Virus record (IMG/VR): IMGVR_UViG_3300031884_000002
Coordinates: 289,773 to 353,772 of that record
Strand: one strand, 5' to 3'
Length of the DNA: 64,000 nt
Positions 57,369 to 64,000 of the stretch are shown one piece after another. A program made the translations under genes and the position numbers. The notes below the pieces were generated by a model that had not been told where the DNA came from, searched no databases, and saw nothing but the letters and a program-made list of their open reading frames with translations. Numbering within the stretch: position 1 is the first letter of the stretch; every line of letters begins with the position of its first letter.

Positions 57369-57505
57369 ATTTTTAATTCAATATAACATACTCGCCAGAG
57401 CAAGGGAATCGAACCTACATCACATTGAATATGGTAGTTTAGCAATAGTTAAAAATAATTTTTCAACCGTTTAAACGACTCTTAAATTGAATATTTTGAT
57501 AATCT

Positions 57506-57580
57506 TGGTAGCAATGGAGAATTTCGAAATCTCAACTTTTCGCTTATCGAGCGAACATTCTGCCTTTGAATTACATTGCC
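57506..57580 (-). tRNA. tRNA-Ile(GAU)
   Basis: TTCGC-TCGATAA-GCGAA (C33), A73, CCA. Confidence 0.82.
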
Positions 57581-57585
57581 AAATA

Positions 57586-57658
57586 TGGTAGTCCCGAGTG
57601 GATTTGCACCACTAAGCTTCGGACATCAACCGAAGATGTTACATTACATCACAGGACC
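57586..57658 (-). tRNA. Second GAU-anticodon tRNA, atypical
   Basis: TTCGG-TTGATGT-CCGAA, T-loop TGCAAAT, D-loop lacks GG, CCA. Confidence 0.7.
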
Positions 57659-57744
57659 ATTAAATAAGTAAATTCGGGGTTAAAAACCGAAATCTTTCGT
57701 TTATCAATCAAATATTTTTCCATTAAATTATTTACTTAAAACAT

Positions 57745-57814
57745 TATGAACCACGATTTGAACGTGAACTCCTGCCGTTGCGTGGCGGTATGTTGCCCGA
57801 TTACAATAATTCAT
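57745..57814 (-). pseudogene. Pseudo-tRNA with 8-nt anticodon loop (CCACGCAA)
   Basis: T-arm TCACG-TTCAAAT-CGTGG, acceptor ATGAATT/GGTTCAT, no CCA. Confidence 0.45.
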
Positions 57815-57818
57815 AAAA

Positions 57819-57894
57819 TGGCGGGATATAGTGGAATCGAACCTCTATTCTTCGGGCGACAGCCGAGCGTAATAAACCGTTATACGAATACCCC
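57819..57894 (-). tRNA. tRNA-Asp(GUC)
   Basis: TCGG-CTGTCGC-CCGA, G73, CCA. Confidence 0.88.
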
Positions 57895-57981
57895 ATTAAA
57901 AATTGGTGTCGGCAACGTAATTTTAATATATGTATTTTTTAAATAGATATAATTAAACTCATATCACCAACATTAAAATAC

Positions 57982-58057
57982 TGGTTGCGGGTAGCCGGAT
58001 TCAACGACTCTAAAAATGCTTACGATACATTCCAGTTCAGCAGAACTGTAACCCGCA
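57982..58057 (-). tRNA. Atypical tRNA, anticodon CGU (Thr), 6-bp D-stem/4-nt D-loop
   Basis: Acceptor TGCGGGT/ACCCGCA, CAGTTC-TGCT-GAACTG, AATGT-ATCGTAA-GCATT, T-loop TTGAATC, CCA. Confidence 0.65.
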
Positions 58058-58222
58058 ATTAAAACTCTAATTAGTATAGGATTGAATCGGCAAATGTTGC
58101 AACATTCCAAACCACTAAATAATCGTCAATCTATATTGGTTTTTTCTATACTAAATCAATTCGCCCCACCTATAACACTATAGACTTTATTTATTCTTGA
58201 CAAATGCGATAATTTGTTGGGA

Positions 58223-58423
58223 CTACTGAAAAAAATCCAATTCATCTGGATCATAGGTGGCAATTTCGCCATTATTAAACATTAAATCATAACATAATCC
58301 GTGACTGTTATGTTCAGCAATAATATCACCAACCCGATCTCTAAATTTTAGACGTTGTATATGACATTCATCATTATAGTCATGTTGTGTTAATTTTTTA
58401 TTAACTCTTGCTCTCTCTTTCAT
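58223..58423 (-). CDS. Hypothetical protein (SH3-like)
   Basis: 66-aa ORF with TTGACT-16-TATGAT promoter at 58430-58457. Confidence 0.6.
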   Translation of the reverse strand: MKERARVNKKLTQHDYNDECHIQRLKFRDRVGDIIAEHNSHGLCYDLMFNNGEIATYDPDELDFFQ

Positions 58424-58569
58424 ACTGCTATCATAGCATAGATAAAAAATAAGTCAAGTAATTAAATAAAGCCGCTACTTTATTATGTTTATAACCATAA
58501 TATTTTGCCTTGTTTAACCCATCCTATGGGCACTTTATCGTTTCATGAAACCTATTTCATGACACCAAA

Positions 58570-59178
58570 TTAATCTTCTACATAATGTTTTATTCCGTGA
58601 CAATTAGGACATAAATATTCTAAATTTGAAATATGATTATTGCGTTTATTTTCATCTTTATGATGGATATGTAATTTAAGTTTTTTATCACGCCACATTG
58701 AAATTTTACAATCTATACATTCATATGGAATGTTTTCTAAATCCATTGCCTTTTTTAGTGCCGGTCTTGGTAATCTTATTTTTTTCTTAATATTTTCTCT
58801 ATTTTTTAATTTGGCAGTTTTTTGACCTCCTCGACTTCTTCCATTTAAAGTAGAATCGGATAAATCTATTCCTAACTTTTCCAATCTGGTTTTATAATGA
58901 TACCATGCTCCTCCACTCGTTCCTACATTTAAATTTAACAAAAATTGATTGATAGAATCACTCGACTTCCAAACTTCTAATATTTTTTCATTATTATATT
59001 TGTATCTATTTTCCAATAGATGTAATGGACATGTTTTTAAATTGTATTTTTTAAGCCAATACCTAGCACATGATTGACTTAAATTTATTTGTCTTCCTAT
59101 TTCTGTAGTTGACATTCCTTGATTTACTAAATTTTCTAATATTTCTTTCTTCATATACATATATGTGAAGTAGCACAA
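58570..59178 (-). CDS. HNH homing endonuclease
   Basis: N-terminal HTH, CIDC, LHIHHKDENKRNNHISNLEYLCPNCH. Confidence 0.88.
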   Translation of the reverse strand: MCYFTYMYMKKEILENLVNQGMSTTEIGRQINLSQSCARYWLKKYNLKTCPLHLLENRYKYNNEKILEVWKSSDSINQFLLNLNVGTSGGAWYHYKTRLEKLGIDLSDSTLNGRSRGGQKTAKLKNRENIKKKIRLPRPALKKAMDLENIPYECIDCKISMWRDKKLKLHIHHKDENKRNNHISNLEYLCPNCHGIKHYVED

Positions 59179-59217
59179 ACAACAATAATAGTGCTACTAT
59201 TTCTTAGTTAAAAGAGT

Positions 59218-59293
59218 TGGCCCGCTGTTTCCGAGTTGAACGGAATTTTTCGCTTCTTCAGAGCAAACCTATAACCCTACAAATTCACAGCGG
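59218..59293 (-). tRNA. tRNA-Phe(GAA), atypical D-arm and G73
   Basis: TTGCT-CTGAAGA-AGCGA, T-arm TTCCG-TTCAACT-CGGAA, perfect acceptor, CCA. Confidence 0.75.
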
Positions 59294-59388
59294 ATTAAAA
59301 AAATGTTTCAGGATTTCACATATCGATAAATAAACCGCCCATTGCGATTTAATTATCAGTTCCGGCTGCGCTGCCGTCTATCTGTATC

Positions 59389-59499
59389 ATCTTAATATAA
59401 TTTACTACATTATTCGTGCGGAATCGAACCGTGCCTTTCCCTGCAACGGGAACGTTCTTCCATTGAACTATATACAAACACCTTCGATTATATTAAGAT
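59389..59499 (-). other. Degenerate tRNA-Ala(UGC)-like core enclosed by a 13-bp perfect inverted repeat
   Basis: ATCTTAATATAAT (59389-59401) and ATTATATTAAGAT (59487-59499) enclose D-, anticodon- and T-loop-like hairpins. Confidence 0.4.
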
Positions 59500-59608
59500 T
59501 AAATTGGAGGACTTTTATTTATACTTGATATGTCCATTCAAGTTTTACCATCGGTAAATAAACCATAAAACAACAGGTCTTATGAATATGATGATAAATT
59601 ATTAAAAA

Positions 59609-59695
59609 GGCGAGTGAGGTTGGATTTGAACCAACATGTTCCGAGCCTTATCATAGGCTGAGCTACCAAATGCACTTTATCGGTCACTTTCACTC
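59609..59695 (-). other. tRNA-like element with enlarged D region and non-7-nt anticodon loop
   Basis: T-arm GTTGG-TTCAAAT-CCAAC, acceptor GAGTGA/TCACTC, AGCC-TATGATAA-GGCT. Confidence 0.5.
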
Positions 59696-59712
59696 ATTAG
59701 GCTGTAAATCTT

Positions 59713-60636
59713 CTAATTTCCATAATATTCTATAAACTTGTCTATTTTTTCTTTCATCAACTTCTTACCATCATCGGTATTTATTGTATTCCACTCTATT
59801 CTATAGACTTTCCAGCCATTGTCAAGTAAATATTTATCTTTCTCCGCATCTTTTAACATTCTATCGGGATACTTATGTTGTTTACCATCAATTTCTAATG
59901 CTATTTTTTTATTTTCAATAGCAAAATCTATATAATATTTACCACATCGTTCATCGTGTTTATAGTCAATGTTATTATTTTTTAATACAGTCATAAAAAA
60001 TAATTCAGCATACGAAGGATTGGAGCGAGGTTTCCATCCTTTATGTGTTCCATTTGCTACTAAAATTTTATTGGCATCACTTAACCTTTTTCTGTATTCT
60101 AAATTATTTATTCTATCTTTGGCAGAGCATTTATTAGAACAATATTTTGAATCAACTCTACAAGGATAATATTTATTACTACAAAATTTACAATTATATT
60201 CTAATTTATGTCTAATTGTTTTTACTTTTGTTGATTTTATTTGAGGAATGTGTCCTATTGATAAATTATACTTTTTAATAGCGTCTGATTGTTTTTTCTT
60301 ACTTGCTTCTGTATATCGAATACTCTTAAAATGTGTATTGCTACATTTAGTAGAACAAGTAGATGTTTCTCGTGGATGTCCTTGTTGAGTATTAAATATA
60401 GTTTTACATATCGGACATTCTTTTTCAATCCACGGATATTTTATAGGATGTGACTTTATACCAAAATGAGAAATATCTAAATCATATTCAGATATATATT
60501 TTTTAATTGTATTTCGTGATTTTCCATTATCATTAAAATTATATTTTCTACATATATCTCCAGTTCCATTACTTATGGAAACTGTTGTTTTGAAATGTTC
60601 TATATTTTCCTGTATTTTTTCGTCTATTATACTCAT
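59713..60636 (-). CDS. Free-standing DUF559/Vsr-like (homing) endonuclease with Zn-finger repeats
   Basis: YYIDFAIENKKIALEIDGKQH...DKYL..NGWKVYRI; CPIC and CSTKC repeats. Confidence 0.8.
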   Translation of the reverse strand: MSIIDEKIQENIEHFKTTVSISNGTGDICRKYNFNDNGKSRNTIKKYISEYDLDISHFGIKSHPIKYPWIEKECPICKTIFNTQQGHPRETSTCSTKCSNTHFKSIRYTEASKKKQSDAIKKYNLSIGHIPQIKSTKVKTIRHKLEYNCKFCSNKYYPCRVDSKYCSNKCSAKDRINNLEYRKRLSDANKILVANGTHKGWKPRSNPSYAELFFMTVLKNNNIDYKHDERCGKYYIDFAIENKKIALEIDGKQHKYPDRMLKDAEKDKYLLDNGWKVYRIEWNTINTDDGKKLMKEKIDKFIEYYGN

Positions 60637-60704
60637 ATACAGTATAAATATAAACGATTTTAGGAAAAGTCGGATAAAAATGATTTGAACTACAAGTTTC
60701 TCTG

Positions 60705-60776
60705 TCGGTGGTGAGAATTTCGAAATCTCGGCCTCTAAATCCCAAATTTAGCGTTCTTCCTCTGAACTAACCACCG
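60705..60776 (-). tRNA. tRNA-Pro(UGG)
   Basis: CTAAA-TTTGGGA-TTTAG, C1-G72, A73, no encoded CCA. Confidence 0.88.
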
Positions 60777-60890
60777 TTGAAAACTATTAAAGTGTTACAT
60801 TCTCAGTGTAAAGAGCCATTGCTATGTTGACCGAGTTCACTCGTTCTCTGATATATAAATATCTTTCACTTTAAAAAATTATACTACAAG

Positions 60891-61100
60891 AAGCCGCCAT
60901 TCTCTTTCAAAGAGTGTCAAAGCAGGGTTTATCCCCGAGTAGTCTCTTCCGAAACTTTACTTTCTTGTTAGCGTAAATAACTTATTATTAAAAGGACAAC
61001 TATTAATAATAAATAAAGGTACATTACTGCCCTTTGAACGATCCTTACTGGTGCGCTTTGTCCGATTGACATGCACATCAATCAAGCGTTAAGGATACAT
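60891..61100 (-). ncRNA. Candidate structured ncRNA (~210 nt)
   Basis: Nested stems ATCCTTA/TAAGGAT, GATTGA/TCAATC, TTATTATTAA/TTAATAATAA and TCAAAG.GCAG/CTGCTTTGA; no ORF. Confidence 0.45.
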
Positions 61101-61113
61101 TATAAATTATCTA

Positions 61114-61302
61114 TTAAACTTTACTTAAAATAGTAGTAAGTTCTTCTTTATGAGTTACCATCCATTCAGCAATTGTTTTAAGATCTTCGTCATATTGTTT
61201 TGATTTTGGTAATAATGACGTTTCATAATCTGGTTCGTTTAAAAAAACAGTGGAACTCATCAAGGTATATAATTTTTTAGTATTTTTATTTAATTTTTTC
61301 AT
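61114..61302 (-). CDS. Hypothetical protein
   Basis: 62-aa ORF. Confidence 0.5.
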   Translation of the reverse strand: MKKLNKNTKKLYTLMSSTVFLNEPDYETSLLPKSKQYDEDLKTIAEWMVTHKEELTTILSKV

Positions 61303-61354
61303 AGGTGATTATCATATCAGAATGTCACTATATTGTCAATATTTTTGGTATAAA

Positions 61355-61555
61355 TTATTTATTGTAATATGTTCTCACGCACCAAATTCCGATTTCAGAA
61401 ACCATCCAATCACATTTTATACATTTATACATATCACCTGATGAATCACGTTCATGTCCTGATGATATAAATTCAACTTCATTACCACACACTGGACATT
61501 CATGTGAATATCCACTATCCAAATATTTTTTAATCAATATATCTTCATTTGACAT
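61355..61555 (-). CDS. Small Zn-ribbon protein
   Basis: CPVCG...CIKC. Confidence 0.6.
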   Translation of the reverse strand: MSNEDILIKKYLDSGYSHECPVCGNEVEFISSGHERDSSGDMYKCIKCDWMVSEIGIWCVRTYYNK

Positions 61556-61567
61556 ATGAAAACTATA

Positions 61568-62377
61568 TCACTGAGGAATTAAATTATTTATTGTTTCTTT
61601 AATATATGGTAATAATCCCCATACTAAGTTTATATTGTTTTCTTTTATAACTTGATTCATTTTATATTCATCAAGTGTAATTTTATATTTATTTTTTGGA
61701 TCTAAGTATAGATTGTATTTTGGTAAATAAAAATCTGGGTAATATCTTCTTTTTGTTCCGGTTTCATCAGTCCACCAGAACATATGATTTTTTCTACTTC
61801 GTTCCCAAATTATATTTTTATCATCCATTAATTTAGCAACTTCAACTTCCCAAGAAGAATCCATCCAAATATCTTTATATTTTATTTTTTTATAATTAGT
61901 GGAGCCGCCACAATTAGGATTAAATGTTGAGTTTTTTCGTAATAATTCTCTAAAACATTTATCCGAACAAGTTTTTTTAGGGTTCCAAGTTTCTATATTG
62001 AATATTACGTTACACATTTTACATTTTCTATTTTCAACTGTAATGTGTTTTTTTATTGGGTTATTTTTATAATATAGTTTTAATGTTTTTGATATATTAG
62101 TATAATTTACAAACGACTGTGATTGTTTTTTGGCACAATCTAACGAACAACATTTACGTGCCTTTTTATGAGTTGTAGTTAAAAATAATTTTTTACAAAA
62201 TAAACAATTTGATACTATCTCTTTACATTTTATTCTTCCATCGGAAGTATATTTACTACTACAATTAAGATTACAATAGAAAAATATTCGTCCTTTTCTA
62301 AGTTGTCTATTGTATTCATTCGTAGGTTTATTAAATGTTATTCCACATCCACTACATTTCAATTCTATTGTTCTCAT
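61568..62377 (-). CDS. Free-standing PD-(D/E)XK (TnsA-like) homing endonuclease
   Basis: MDSSWEVEVA...RRYYPDFYLPKYNLYLDPKN; Cys-rich N-terminal repeats. Confidence 0.8.
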   Translation of the reverse strand: MRTIELKCSGCGITFNKPTNEYNRQLRKGRIFFYCNLNCSSKYTSDGRIKCKEIVSNCLFCKKLFLTTTHKKARKCCSLDCAKKQSQSFVNYTNISKTLKLYYKNNPIKKHITVENRKCKMCNVIFNIETWNPKKTCSDKCFRELLRKNSTFNPNCGGSTNYKKIKYKDIWMDSSWEVEVAKLMDDKNIIWERSRKNHMFWWTDETGTKRRYYPDFYLPKYNLYLDPKNKYKITLDEYKMNQVIKENNINLVWGLLPYIKETINNLIPQ

Positions 62378-62429
62378 ACATTATAAATATAAGTGTGGAG
62401 ACAAAAAAGCGTGGAAATGTGAACTTTCA

Positions 62430-62505
62430 GGTGGAGCATTCGGGACTTGAACCCGACTTATTTCAGTTTGCAGAACTGATGCCATACCAACTAGGCGAAT
62501 GCCCC
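62430..62505 (-). tRNA. tRNA-Ala(UGC)
   Basis: G3:U70 pair, TCAGT-TCTGCAA-ACTGA (C33), canonical T-arm. Confidence 0.88.
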
Positions 62506-62657
62506 ATTTATAAAAACTTTTATTAAATATTTCAATGTCACCTATTCTACTATACGTTATTTAAAAGTGGTTTCCCACGATGATTGTGATAAAAGATATC
62601 TTATTATCCACCATACACATTTTGTCCACCCTCGTCAGGGGATATATTTAATAAAAT

Positions 62658-62730
62658 TGGCGGGACCGAATGGATTTTAACCATTATCTCCGGTTGGATA
62701 CCGGCGTAATAACATTTATACCACAGTCCC
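62658..62730 (-). tRNA. Atypical UCC-anticodon tRNA (A33, G73)
   Basis: CCGG-TATCCAA-CCGG, acceptor GGGACTG/CGGTCCC, T-loop TTAAAAT, CCA. Confidence 0.6.
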
Positions 62731-62832
62731 TTAATTAAAAAACGTGTTAGGCTAGTGATTTACATTATCACATTTACAATTCTCAGTTTGGTTCAACCTA
62801 ACAACAAAGGGTTCTTAAAAACCCTTCTAAAT

Positions 62833-62907
62833 TGGAGCACATGGAGAATTTTGAAATCTCGACCTTTGCATTGGAAGTGCAATACTCTGCCTCTGAGTTA
62901 CATGTGC
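62833..62907 (-). tRNA. tRNA-Gly(UCC)
   Basis: TTGCA-CTTCCAA-TGCAA, U73, CCA. Confidence 0.9.
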
Positions 62908-62983
62908 AAATAAATTGGCCTAACTTTACACATTTAAGTGTCTTACTGCTTCATATATTTCTATATAAGGTCAGGTTAATCAT

Positions 62984-63058
62984 TGGTGAGTTCTATCGGT
63001 ACTGCCCCGATTTCTGAAGGGTAAGAGCCTACTGCATCGCTTTTTATGCTTAGAACCC
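62984..63058 (-). tRNA. tRNA-Lys(CUU), non-canonical T-loop
   Basis: AGG-CTCTTAC-CCT, T-arm ATCGG-GGCAGTA-CCGAT, A73, CCA. Confidence 0.8.
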
Positions 63059-63132
63059 ATTTAAAATAATAGTTTCCGTTTTGATACTTTCGGGGAAGAC
63101 GTTTATCTATCAAACAAACTTCCTATATTTAT

Positions 63133-64000
63133 TTATTTATTTAAAAATGTTAACCATTCTCGTTTAGCATCTTCATTTGATTTATTTAATAATTGTAAGT
63201 TTTGTTTATTTAACTTTGCAATTTCAGAATTGTTCAAACATAGATACATAGATTTATTAACTTCATCGGGATATGATATGTTAACGGTTGATTTTTTGTT
63301 AATAAAATTGATTTCTTCTGATACTATTATAGGTATGCCGCAATAAACAAAATCAGCGGCAACAATGCAATAGGTTTCAGTAAATGATAACTGCATACCA
63401 AAATCCATCTGTTTTACTAATTGAAGAAAATCATCATGTGGCATCCATCCATGTTCTACTAATTTATGTCTGGTATTTTGAAACAGACTTTTTAGATTTT
63501 TAAGAAGTGGTATTCCTTCTCCAGTTTCGTGTTCAGTTACATTTATATGAAAATATAAAGTTTTTCCAATTTCATTGGCAACGTTAATTGCCCAGATTGC
63601 TTGTTGAACGTGATTTTTTAATATTCTTAATGCTCCAAATGAACCTACATTTAATATATTTTTACCGGTTATTGCATCAATATCGGATTTGGCATTTATG
63701 TTAACAAAATATTCATCATTTAATTTATACATATTAGGAGTATAAATTACATATTTATATAAATCTGATAATTCATCATAAACCTGTTTATTATTACATG
63801 CAATTGAAATTTTAATTCCTTGTTTTCTTAAATCCATATATTCATTCAACCATTGAAATGATATTCCTTCAGTTGCCAAAAATGGAATCATACTATGTAA
63901 TCTAACATACCAATTTACATTCGGATGTAATTTGGATAATTCTTTAAATTTTTAAGGTACTACCCATAATGCTTCAATAAAGCAATGAGTTGGTTTATAA
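63133..64000 (-). pseudogene. GT-B glycosyltransferase-like gene, 5'-partial, with in-frame TAA at 63952-63954
   Basis: The frame reads YKPTHCFIEALWVVP*KFKELSKLHPNVNWYVRLHSMIPFLATEG...; also GSFGALRILKNH and LSFTETYCIVAAD..GIPIIVS. Confidence 0.7.

Noticed and set aside
57394-57430. T-arm-like fragment (GGTTCGATTCC) near 57400
   Set aside because: No matching 5' half or anticodon arm; at most a tRNA relic.
57904-57971. tRNA-like 3' end (GCCGACACCA) with a possible 5' partner
   Set aside because: The interior is AT-rich with no D, anticodon or T arms; too degenerate to call.
59295-59580. tmRNA or Y-RNA assignment for the GC-rich non-coding stretch
   Set aside because: No G3:U70 acceptor with tmRNA termini or tag ORF was identified, and the arm order is tRNA-like rather than the permuted YrlA order.
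58530-59682. Shared 11-mer GCACTTTATCG at 58530-58540 and 59672-59682 in two hairpin-rich spacers
   Set aside because: A single 11-nt match with no shared flanking structure that I could establish; chance cannot be excluded without a statistical test.
62567-62802. Two further tRNA-like shells (about 62567-62640 and 62744-62802)
   Set aside because: Only partial acceptor pairing or a single hairpin, with no credible anticodon arm or T-loop.
515-63017. The many short plus-strand ORFs in the track (e.g. 515-820, 5527-5840, 10602-10976, 43033-43665, 62832-63017)
   Set aside because: They are antisense shadows of well-supported minus-strand genes or tRNAs, with no recognisable motifs or upstream signals.
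1-64000. Genome-wide stop-codon reassignment (as in TAG-recoded huge phages)
   Set aside because: Long genes of up to 1588 aa are uninterrupted under the standard code, only two isolated internal stops (one TAG, one TAA) were found, and no suppressor anticodon was seen.
1-64000. CRISPR array, rRNA or group I/II intron in structural genes
   Set aside because: No regularly spaced repeat-spacer units or rRNA-like sequence was seen, and the structural ORFs are contiguous.

Overview
This is a strongly AT-rich segment of a jumbo/huge T4-like tailed phage genome, and almost everything lies on the minus strand. 1-19 kb holds head assembly, packaging and replication genes: prohead protease, a portal carrying two tandem HNH inteins, large terminase, an SbcD-SbcC fusion and primase, interspersed with homing-endonuclease-like genes. 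19-41 kb is a tail/baseplate module that also contains a phage sigma-factor-like gene. 41-45 kb holds PhoH with a class-3-type intein and a non-autonomous IS200/IS605 TnpB element. 45-64 kb is a large tRNA array (about 24 recognisable tRNA genes plus several atypical or decayed tRNA-like elements and candidate structured ncRNAs). Mixed into the array are free-standing nucleases and host-like accessory genes: a TrpC-like barrel, a papain-like protease, a prepilin-like DUF1559-type protein, FN3 and Ig-like proteins, and a glycosyltransferase. The standout observations are Arg-anticodon tRNAs built on class II long-variable-arm bodies, a D-armless CCU tRNA, a recurrent TATTTATA upstream motif (reverse complement of the T4 late promoter), and a TnpB element inserted between that motif and a start codon. 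All calls come from reading the sequence by eye; no database searches were run.
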